Assembly (NCBI GenBank): GCA_965202585.1
Contig: OZ241829.1
Span: 84,010,001-84,074,000, forward strand
From: Thalia democratica
Taxonomy: Eukaryota
Length of the DNA: 64,000 bases
Reading direction: 5' to 3'
This document shows, piece after piece, positions 51,450 through 62,820 of this stretch. The notes beneath the pieces were generated by a model. That model was not told the origin of the DNA. It did no database searches and worked only from the letters and a program-made list of their open reading frames with translations. How positions within the stretch are numbered: the first letter of the stretch is position 1; each line of letters begins with the position of its first letter. The position numbers and the translations under genes are program-made.

Positions 51450-52223
51450 AGTTTATTTTATAAAGAATTGCACATTGAAGCTTTTTGGGTCACCAGCTGT
51501 GATTTTTATTTTCTAACTCGTAATGATAAATTTAATTTTTATTTTTTTTATAGACAACGGATCTACCCTTATCCTTATGAAGTTTTTAGACTGTTCTTCT
51601 TTGTATTGAAAAAGAGCTCTCTTGAATACTAATTAGTACGATAAAGCAAAAAAGTAAATTTAGATTCTTCTTTACATTTTCACAATAAAGAAGGATAGTC
51701 AGTATTTTTACTGTAATGAACAGTTAAGTTACATACCGCCATTGGTATTAGCATCATTTGTTTCCTGTTGTTGCTGATCTTCTGAATATATTGACTTTTT
51801 AGTACTTTGAATACCAAAATTACCTATAAAATAACAGGTTATTAAACGAAGTAAGAAAAGTCAAATTGCATTGCTAACCTTAGCAGATATTTAAACCTTA
51901 AACTATTCAAAAGAATGTTGGTATAATTAAAAACAGATGACAGAAAAATTGCTGTAACTAACCCGGTATAATTTTTATCTAGCATGTGTTTTAAGCTATA
52001 ACGAATGATTTTAAATAAATTACACTTTTCAGGTTGAACAGCCAATTTTATAAATTCTCGAACAGATTGTTTTGTGCTTTTCTAAGCTTTTTTTTGTAAA
52101 ATATTCTGCTCGTGTCACCTTTAGGTGGTTAGTGACAACATAGTTTTTACTTTTGTAGTCCCACTGAACGCAATCTATATAGAAATTTTTTTCGCCTTCT
52201 GAACTAAAAATTTTGCATGTCAA
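51450..52223 (-). pseudogene. Unidentified multi-exon gene remnant (partial copies ~26270-26520, ~31990-32405, ~36560-36650)
   Basis: IDCVQWDYKSKNYVVTNHLKV...EFIKLAVQPEKCNLFKIIRYSLKHMLDKNY; small exon ttttatag|GTAATTTTGG...AATGGCG|gtatgt. Confidence 0.45.
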
Positions 52224-52629
52224 CTACAAATTGAATTTTGTTTTCCAACATTTTAAGCATACAACCATACACTGCCTTACAATTTTTTAACATAGAATAA
52301 ATGTCTTTTGTCTTGCAAAAACTTTAATAAGGCTTAACATACAAATTTTGGTCAGGAATATCAATTTTCCTACTATTTCAAAATTTAATTTCTTTATCAT
52401 GTTTACAAATATTTCTTTTTACTATTAACACTTCAATTATTAATTGAGTTATTTTTTTTATTGAATAATTTATGCTGAGGTAACTTGATCATTTCTTAAT
52501 CACAGTGCTTGCTGTGTCTCTTTGTCTGCTTTCAGATTTGCATAATAATTTGTTTCATTCGTCTCTACATGCCACCTATTTGCCTAACACATTAACTAAC
52601 AAGTCTAACACATTACTACAAATTTTACT

Positions 52630-52820
52630 ATTTTAAAATATATTTACATTATAACTGTTTGCACAAGTTGGATTATTAACTAAATGTTCTGCAATAGATG
52701 AGGGTTTACATTCATTTAAAACCTGGACTGTTATATCATCTTTCTTATCTGAAAAGCAAAAATTCTCTACACCTATTGGTACATGCTCTTTTATTCTTTT
52801 CCTTAGATGTCTTGCTAAGA
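52630..52820 (-). pseudogene. Penelope GIY-YIG endonuclease fragment
   Basis: LARHLRKRIKEHVP...VQVLNECKPSSIAEHLVNNPTCANSYN. Confidence 0.85.
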
Positions 52821-53593
52821 TGAAGATATAGAAATTATTTTATATTTTATATTTATTGTTCCTTTTTAAAAAATTGTTAATTTCTTACAAATTTCTTAAT
52901 CTTTGAATTAAAGTTCAAGTAGTTGATTTTTATTCAAGATATTACCATTATTAAAATATTTCTTAAACTAGATTTTGACTCAATTTAACTTTCTACAACC
53001 CATTTTAACTATCTACAATCCATTTTAACGAAGTTTCTACTATCTTCTTTTTTATAAACTCCAACTCCCAGGCTTAAGTTGATGCAGTACTTAATATCTT
53101 AAAGTAATTTTATAATAATTAAAGGCACTAAAGGTCTTGTAATCTATTCTTTTTTTACTTAGTAGATGTGCATATTATACACTCTGAAATTTGGGCCTGC
53201 TGGTAAAGACAAGCTGCTTAAGTTGCTACATTTGAACCTTAAAACTTCTAAATAATCTTGGATTTTTTACTAACATGAACCATTGTTCGTTTTTTATACA
53301 GCAAGTTATTCAACGGAACTAAATGCACTGCGTCAACTTCTTAGTATGCTTTGTAGTTCAAAATAAATTGATTTTTAATCCACGTTTTCAACTATGTAAA
53401 ATGTAATGTATGAAATTAATTTATGTCTAACTTAAGTATCTGGCGTTCATATCCTATTTACCATGTAATGGTGAATGATAAACCTAATAAATTTTTTTTC
53501 ATATTTCGCTTAGTTCATCTGTATATTCTATCGTAATAATTTTCGTACGGTGTGGTGAGCTAAAAAACCAGTTATATACAATGGAAATTAGAT

Positions 53594-55650
53594 CATGAAC
53601 CTATAGTTAAATTTAATTTTTTATTTATTTTTATAGTTCCATAACGTATTGATTAAATAAAATTGAACATAAAATATTTAACACGATTTCCTGAAGTGCT
53701 TAAAATAAAATAGCTTAAGCTTGGCATTTTATACCACTGAAACAACACCTCTAGCTGTAAAAAGTAAAGGGCTGACTTTTCACATGCGTTTTGTATCCTG
53801 TGGTTTGAGCAATTTATTTGAAAAATATTCTTAAATTTCCATTCTAAAATTGCTTGCAGCCCATTTTGTTTTCCGACTGTGGAAACCGCTCTATCTGAAC
53901 CTGGTTATGAAAGTAGTTGAAGCAAAAAATGTGGTTTTTACCAAAAAACATTGTTTTATGCAAATTTAAGTATATAATTCATAAATATAAAATATTTTGG
54001 TCGATAAAACACTTTTTACATTGCTTTTGAGTTAATATCACAAGGTTACAACTGTATTTAAATAACAAGTTTGATGCAGCAGTATGTGTATACTACTCAA
54101 CCTAAATGAGTACTTCATTCAAATATATTTTGATATTTGCGTAATTTCTGTGGCGATTTCCATTTATATTATTATCTTCTCATTTCTTTCTGCTGCACCA
54201 TCTGGTTGGCGGTTTGGCTGAACCCACCTTCTTTTTTGCAAAAATTGCCTCAAAAACTTTGTCCACACAATTAAAATTAAAACAGCCTTATCCTATTTAT
54301 TGTTGTCGAAATTCTGGTGTTAGCGTTTTGTTTTCTAGTAAAACAAACGTTTATGTACTGCTTCGTTTTATTACCTGGTTTCGGTGAGCGTTAGCAGACC
54401 TGAAAACATGGCCTACCCCCTATGGCCTTAATCAAGCAAATATATGTTGCTTCTCTTTTATTAGGCAACAAACAATACACTAAGGGAACCACTGACCCGT
54501 AGCATTTACGAATAATCAATAGTTTTTTAAATTTTTTCAATAAGAAAGCTTTATTTTAGCTGGTTTAACTAAGTATTTCATCACCTTCGATTAAAGATTT
54601 GTCTTCGACTACGCTAATAAGAACATCAGTTTCTTTAGCAGAAATAATCTTTTTAAATTTTTCTTCGTAAAATGAGGGCTTGAATCGTTCCAAACCATGA
54701 TTTTCATTAGTTGCTTTTTTAACTATTGCATCGACCTTAGCATTGAATGCGTGTTGATAAAAACCTTGTGATCTGTTGTTACCTTTTTTCTTTTTTAAAC
54801 TAGTATCCCATTCATCATCTTTATTGAATACGTTTATTTTTTTTTGGCATCTTCGTCAACTCAGTCATGTTAATTGCTTGGTTGAGCATATAAGTCTCTT
54901 GGTCTTTGTTATATATTTTTCTTAGTTTTTTTAAATAACCGTGATAGGTCCATCTTGTATTAACATCGCCATCATCATCTTCTGCATGGTCTTTCTTTCT
55001 TTTTGTCCATATTTTATGTTTTAAGGAAGAAAACCACGATCGTTTTCAAAAGGATTTAGGAAAGTTAAGAAATTCTAGTTTTTGTTGAAATACTGTAAAA
55101 TTTTGCTAAACTATACACGTAAATAATACTTTAAGTTTAGCATTCAAACTATTGGCTTAAAAACATAAGTGTCCGAATTTGAATGAAAGTCAAATGACTT
55201 ACAATTAGTCTTGGTATTCTGCCCCTTACCAGAAGGATTAATTTTTTGGCCAAAGCATTTGTTCTAATTTTTTCTAGTAGGCTTCCCAGTAGATTTTTGT
55301 TCTCAATTTGTTTTTCATGAGCAGCTATGACACATGTATCTAAAAAACTATTCTTGAAGGTTGCTTATCGAAAAGAATAAACTTAAACTTATTTAAAGTA
55401 TTTGTAATCAAAGTTGTAATTAACCTGGATTTTAAAAGTTTTTCAGAAAATATTCTGTAACTATAGGCATCATTTTATTTGGGTTCTTAATTGATATAAA
55501 GTTTTTGAAACTTTTTATTTTTTTTCCTTGCGTCTATTTTATTATTCAAATCTTAGGTAAGCTGTGTAGATTTGAGTAATTTACTAAAAGCATTTACATT
55601 GACTCATCTGGTGACGTCATTTTTAGTTTTTGAGTTCATTAATATTCATT
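53594..55650. repeat. ~2.05 kb direct segmental duplication, copy 2; the last ~0.55 kb recurs at 59640-60220 and in pieces at 38200-38400 and 40540-40710
   Basis: Direct sequence identity with 32408-34460. Confidence 0.95.
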
Positions 55651-56374
55651 AGACCTGTTTACAAGGCGAAGCTGATACAACCGACCGAACGCCGTCATGC
55701 TAAAGCAGTTCAAGAAGTAAACTAAGTAGAAAAAACCTCTTATTTGAGAAAACTCTCTAGCGCCATTTTTATATACCTCTTTGTAGGCCTTATGGTTTAA
55801 ATCAATTGATTTTTTATCCACGTTTTTAACTTTTCGTTTTATTGTTATGGTTTTTGACTTATTGCAATTTTATTTTTGTGAGCGAGTGAGAGTCAAACAT
55901 GTTTGTTAAGAATTTTAATAAATATGTAGCATATAAATTCCTTAAGTCTCTCGGCGACAATCGAAAACAACATTTGCGATAAGTGACCAGTAATGCTTTC
56001 CACCTGCAAGCGTCTACCGTGAGGTCTCTACTCAATTCATCTGGACTTTTGTTTTAAATATTTCCACTAAAATAAGTTTTCTCTTTTATAATTGGTATGT
56101 CTAATCAACTCCATCAATTTTTTTTTGTATACCATGCGCTTGGCGTGGTTCACTAACCCCTTACAAAGTACTATCCGGTACTTTCTGTTAAAAGAAAGAA
56201 ATAAATAGCTTATTGTAGTAAAAAATTGCATAATAAAGTTTAATTAAAAATTCTTCGTTGATCAAAGTCTCTAATTTATTTCTATATGCTTTTAAAACAC
56301 CGAAGTTGTTAGCAGTTATTTTTATTTATAGTTGTTCCAATTGATAAATATAAACAAAGACTGCTAAATTTTTC

Positions 56375-56640
56375 TTATAGGTGTACTTTTACTATTTCTA
56401 CAAATGGTCTTAAAGTATATCCTATATATTGGTTGCTCTTATCCTTAGCACTCATATTCGTAGATTTTATCCTAATTGTCACAGTACTGTATCTGTTGCG
56501 AAGTATCTTTTGGATTAATATTTGTTTCGTAGCAAACTTTCCTGTAGAGATCCATGGACATAATATAAAAGCTTGACACACAGCTCCTAGAAGTAAAATA
56601 CTGTAGTCTGTCTCTACGTGTCTTATCACCGCTTTTCCTA
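56375..56640 (-). pseudogene. MULE-like transposase, second catalytic Asp and C-x-x-H-equivalent region
   Basis: KAVIRHVETDYSILLLGAVCQAF...STVTIRIKSTNM. Confidence 0.6.
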
Positions 56641-59600
56641 AATGATTTTAATGCTTAGAGTTTTTTAAAGCAGTTTAATTATAATAAAATCATACCATTT
56701 GAGACTTGCAGTAAATCTTCATTCATTTTGGACAGGAAATGGCACATTGTAACTCTATTTGTATCTCAGAAATTACCAAGGGTGGATTATGCTGGACCTG
56801 TTTAGAAATTTTTTCGAAAGCTCATCGTTTCCTAATAACACATGTAATTGTTTACTTTTATAATTATATTGTTACTTATTTAAACTCTAAAAATGCAAGC
56901 AGTATTGAAGAACAACTTTTAAACCTCTTCTATCATACTTTCAGCAATTTGAAATAAAACTGGTATATACATTAAATTGGTCTGATGATTGTTGTTTTGC
57001 TTCCAATTTTAAAGTTGCATCTTTTCCAGTCCACACACCTCAATATTGAATGAGTACAAAATAATTTAACTCTTATACTCATCAATATGGTTAGTAAATG
57101 TTTCTGTTTTTCAAAAAAAAACCATATATAAAATCCAATTCTTGATAATTATAGACCGGAACTTATTAATTCTTCAGCTGCTTCATAATTACTAAATGGC
57201 ACACTATTTATTCTTACTTTTTGCACTACTGTATTTTAATACGCTGTGTTTTGATACTGAATCGAAAGTTTTTTCAAATCAGTGTAAAGTATTTGGTGTA
57301 AAACGGTTAGTTGAGATTCGAATGAGCTGATGAACTGGTCATAAAAGTGTTAGACATTTTGAAATGTTAAATAGTGAGATCTAATTATTTTTGGCAGGTA
57401 ATTATTAATGTTTCCAATTCTGCCTTAATCATATGAGTGTTTTTTTAGCATTGATGACTTTTTGACTTTCAATTTTTATTTTTAGATAAAATTAAGTTAA
57501 AGTCACACGTATTTGTTAATGGAAAAGTAATAAAATGATATATAGTTCTATCTCGACCAAAACTATTGCAAATTAAGATATCAAGTATTTTTCCATTTTT
57601 GTTAGTTGGACTTTCGATTACTTGAGTTTAAAAATTGTCTGTGCAAAAATCAAGAAAACACTCATTAGATTCATTGTACTCTACACTAGGAGTTGTCCAG
57701 CCTATGTTTTGCACAATATAATTCCCAAGGATATAAAAAAGTTTGTCATTAATAAAAAAACCGTTATTCACTATGTCAATTATCGTTGTTTTTCTAAGCT
57801 AGAACAAGTCATTTTTTTATTTGTTTATTTTTTTTAGCGTTTCTAAATATTTGAGGTTAACCATTGTATAAAATCTTAATTAACTAAATAATGACCTTTT
57901 TAACTTGATTTGCCATTTCTTAACCTTAATATTTAATATTAAGTTACTTACTGTGACCTGTGACAATTTTGTTTTGAAAATTCTTATAAGATAAGAAAAT
58001 TTTGAAAGTTTATAACTATTTATTTAGTTTCCTTCAGTAACAGCTTAATATTTTTTTAAAACCCCTGTCGGCCCTAATTTTGACCTTCGTATGTCTTCTC
58101 AAAGAGTTTTAATTAAATTATTAGGTCAAATTAATTCCTCAACCCTCAGCTACATACAATCTTGTGGATACATTAAATTAATCTGATGATTGTTTCTTCC
58201 AACGTTTAAGTTGCAACTTTTCCAGACCACACACCTCAATATTGAATGAGTGCAAAACGATTTAAATCTTGATAAAAATCAATATAGTTAGTATATATTT
58301 CTGTTTTCCAAAAAAAACTATTATAAAATTTAACTTTTGATAATATATATAGACCGGAATATAGACTTCAGCTGCCTCAAAACTACTTAATGGCGCACTA
58401 TTTAGATTAATGCGAGCATATATTCTTATAATTGTTAACACCTTAAATCAAATCTTTCAATTTGCTCTTTTTACCGTGCACAAAAATTGTTTAGACTTAC
58501 AAAAAATATTTTATTCCTAATAAACTTTTGTCTTTAGTATATCTCGTATTATTGATATAAATTCTTTTATTGAATTAAACGGTCTAGTTTTTCTTTATTC
58601 AATAGTTGATATCTATGAATGCTTATCATTGCAAGGTATGCCTATTATCTAAAGATAGTTGGTAGTATACTGTTAACATTGATACTTTGCATTTGATGGT
58701 TTACTTTTATATGGCTTTTTATTTGCATTGATAATTGCCTATATCATATATTTAATTTATATAGTTTGGTACAAGTCCATTGAGTCAATTTTGTGAAGTT
58801 ACAAAATGAAACATGCAGAAACTAGCAAAGCTTGATCTTAAAGCTATACTAAAAGTTTTAGTAAATTTTATCGCTTTTATCGTTATATAATGTAATGTTT
58901 GCTATTACCAAAGAGTTATTGTCTCCTCTGATGATTCTGTAATTTGTCTGATTACAAATACAAGACACTTCTTATCAATAAATATGTGGAAAATGTGTAA
59001 TTATTATCACTTTTTTTTTACATTGTATTGCTCATAATACTTAACACTTGACAAATTATATACCCAAACATAGTTTTTTGATTTTGTCAATTTTCTCTTT
59101 GTCAACAGGATTTTTTCCACACTGAAAACAAATATCTCTATTTTCTAGTGGTCCACCGCAAAGTAGAAAGTCGAACAAAACTTCTTGTTTGGACTTAATT
59201 GCGTTTATTCATTAAGATTACACTTTTTTTAGGACTTCAAAACTAGTAGATGACTTACCTTGAATATCTCTAATTGTGTGTCATTAACTTGTTCCATTAT
59301 TGTATTCTCGAATAAAAATTTTGAAGCTTATGTTGTCGATGCCTGCTAGCTGTGATATGTGTTTTTTCTTTCTTCGTTATTGTTAATATTTGATAGTAAT
59401 TAAACACAATTAAGACTTAAATATCGTAATAAATGAAAAACACATATCAAAGTATAATAAATGAAAATGTATAATAGAAAAACTAAAAAAACTAAGCAAA
59501 TGTAAACAAAGACTTTTATTCAAGCAACTATGCGATGAAAAGTAATGTAATTGCTCATGCGTAGTATATATAGTGGTTTAATAACTCCTTTTTTGCTGAT

Positions 59601-60719
59601 TCTCTCAATTCAAACAGACCATGTCTGTTAGACTGCTACAATACTGTAAAATTTTGCAAAATTATAAATGTAAATAATATATTAAGTTTAGCATTCAAAC
59701 TGTTGGCTTAAAAACTTAAAACATAAATAAAACAAAGTATCTTAATTTGAATGAGTGTCAAATTACTTATAATTAGTCTTGGAATTCTGCCCCTTACCAG
59801 AAGGATTATTTTTTGGCCTAAGCATTTGTTCTACTTTTTTTTCTAGTAGGCTTCTCAGTACATTTTTGTTCTCATTGTTTTTCATGAGCAGCTATGACAT
59901 ATGTATCTTAAAAATTATTCTTGAAGGTTGCTTATTAAAAAGAATAAACTTTAACTTATTTAAGTTATATCAAAGTTGTAGTTAACCTGGATTTTTAAAG
60001 TTTTTCAGAAAATATTCTGTAACTATAGGCGTCATTTTATTTGGGTTCTTAATTGATATAAACATTTTTTGAAACATTTTCTTTTTTTTTCATGCTTGCG
60101 TCTATTTATATCTTCAAATCCTAGGTAAGCTGTGTAGATTTTAGTAATTTACTTGAAGCGTTTACATTCACTCATCTGGTGACGTCATTATTAGTTTTTG
60201 AGTTTATTGAAAATCATTAGACCTCTTTAGAGAGATATTCGAGCTATCTGTACCTTTTTACCTTTTTTTTTCCGGACGAAGTTCTTCCTAGAATTCTAAA
60301 ACTTCTGGCTAGGTATTGTTTGAACTTTCTTTGCTTTTTTAACTGTTTTAAGTGTTCATTTACTTGAAACAATTATGTTTAAAGCGTAGGCAGATTTTCA
60401 TAATAATGGTCTAAGCTCATGTTAACATGCCACGTATTAATGATATAAATATAAATAAATAAATATATATATTGATTGTTAAGTCTCTTTTCAGATTTTC
60501 ATAATAATTTGTTTGACTCATTTCTACGTGCCATTTATTTGTTCTTATTACTCTTCGTTTAATACAGTATTTTATGAGTACCCACGAATAATCGTCTTAT
60601 ATTTAAAAAGACATGGAGTTAGTAAACCTGTATGTTTAGAATTTGAAATGAGATTTCTAAGTGTTAAACATGTTTTTAGAAACATTTGAAAATAGTAATT
60701 GAAAAGTTTTGATATACCC

Positions 60720-61107
60720 TTTTAGTTAGAGGAAAAAGTCTATCAGCTGTGGTAAGACTTGTTCATGATTGTGCCCGACAGTAACAAACTCGGTAACTGG
60801 AGGTCTGTTATTTTCATTATCTGTAAAAGAAAACATAAGTTCTAATGGTATACTATAAAAATTGAAAAAAAATAGTATGTGATAAACTTATTTTACTAAA
60901 AGTAGGTACTATTGTTAAAGCATAGCCTACCCGCCAAAAACGGGAATAGTATTATGGACGTTTTTTCATTTGGTTTTATAACGCTCCCTGTTGTATCAAG
61001 AAATAACGACATAAACGGTATTTTCTTCATTTGCTCTTTTGTTATGAAAATGCATGTCAGTATACATAGTGATACTGGACGCGTCATAGTTAAGTTGCTG
61101 CATTTAT
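60720..61107 (-). pseudogene. MULE-like transposase, first catalytic Asp (DxTG type), with a 110 bp intron at 60821-60930
   Basis: MQQLNYDASSITMYTD / MSLFLDTTGSVIKPNEK...LAG|gtaggc..ttttacag|ATAAT; the splice restores the frame to ...LADNENNRPPVTEFVTVGHNHEQ. Confidence 0.65.
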
Positions 61108-61550
61108 CTAAAAAATAGTGAATTCTAATTATTTATCCAACAAACTGGAGCTCAAGTTGATGCGGTAACTACTGAATATATTTCTGTATAACTAATTGAG
61201 AGCACTATATATCTTATTAAAATTTCTTATGCTTAAACATTTCAAATACACTCGGAAGTTTTATTAGCTTTTTTTATCATAATCACACAATTATGACTTT
61301 TTAAATCTTAGTTACTATAAAATTTACTTGGTTAGCACGGAACAAACCAATCACAATGATATTTTTCCTTAATCTTTGCCTGTACACCTTGATTTTTTCC
61401 AGACATCACTGGTGCTCCATCATATGTCTAGCAAATTAATTTATTTACATTGTTACCTAAACCTAATTCTAACTCAACAAGTATACAACCTGAAATTCTT
61501 GAAGCTTTCTGGTTTTCTGGTAAGAAAAAAGCCCAAAATCTTTCCATAAC

Positions 61551-61780
61551 TTATTTTTTACTTAATTCAATGACAGTTTGCACGCTTTCTGAAAAATCAG
61601 TTGTATCATCTGGTAAAACAGATACAAATGATGTTTCATTTATTTCATTAATGATCAAATTTTTAAAAACATTTAAACAGATTGATAACAAATCATCTTG
61701 TATTGTATTGCTATGCATCTTGATTGCTCTCTTTTGCATATCTTCAACCATACTAGAAGCAAATTCCAGCAAGCTTTAAT
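61551..61780 (-). pseudogene. hAT transposase fragment (ZMYM1-like), first catalytic Asp
   Basis: HSNTIQDDLLSICLNVFKNLIINEINETSFVSVLPDDTTDFSESVQTVI matches S-x-x-IQN-x-LI...I-x-x-EI....FS-x-x-x-DETTD-x-S-x-x-EQ. Confidence 0.8.
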
Positions 61781-62539
61781 TTGCACTTGAATTTTTTTTG
61801 ATATTCAGTGCTTCTTAACTTGAGAATTTCAGAATGGTCTCAGTACTATTTAAATTTTCTACAAGCTTTTTTGCAAATTGAAACTAAAAATTGTAAATCT
61901 TGCCTTAATGTTCTAGTATGGAACCTTCTTTCGCAAGCATCTCCTATATTTTCTCCTATAGTTTTACAAACATTTGATAGTGTGGGCTATGGCTGTTGTT
62001 GGGCTAAAGCCTCAGGTGGGTCAGGTTGACTTTCTATGGGTAGATTGTCAACCTGACCTTTTTGTTCATACTTTACTTGCAAGTGGGGTGACCTTCTAAC
62101 AGGCTTATGTTTAGGACCCGCTGCGGACAACTTATCTAAGTTGGACATAATAACTACTTTAAAGTGCTAACTTGTAAATTATCAGTAGACACCTGGGACG
62201 TAGCTAGCTCAAAAAAGTTACGAATCTGCAAAAATTAAAATATCTGAATAAACACGTGCTAGCGGGAACATAGAAATTTAAACTACCTCTAATGTTATTG
62301 AACTTAATCTGAAAATATGCAGTTATGTTAATACATCAAAAATGGAATGTTGAGGTACGAGTGATAACTGTATACAAGGCAATTTAATTTGATCCACACC
62401 CCCTATGACTCTTTATGTCTTGCCACTTGTGTAAACCAAGAAAACATTCATTAAACGGTAGGAATTTTTATAGGTAGTTTTAAATATTGGGTACTTTCAA
62501 TTGCATCAATAATTCTGGTTCTATTGCATCAATAATTCT

Positions 62540-62820
62540 GGTTCTATTGCATCAGGATCCGTGCGATTGTGTAGTTCTGCAAACTAACTCACAATATCTT
62601 GTCCAAGCTGTTTGTATTTCAGATTATATGGAATACAATATTTTGTCTAAGCTGTCTGCAAAATTTTTCATTGGATCTTTAATGCATAGAACTTTATTGT
62701 GTTTGTCAAATATAATAAATATCCAGTGTTTCTGCACATTTACAAATCTATCTAAATCCTTGTCAGAGTCCAAAATTAACCAGTTTTTATCTTCATTAAA
62801 AGGAATATTTCTATTGCTTT
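62540..62820 (-). pseudogene. Ulp1/C48 protease fragment, catalytic His and Asp region
   Basis: NIPFNEDKNWLILDSDKDLDRFVNVQKHWIFIIFDKHNKVLCIKDPM (HW..DP); ends in a 24 bp tandem duplication at ~62500-62550. Confidence 0.75.
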
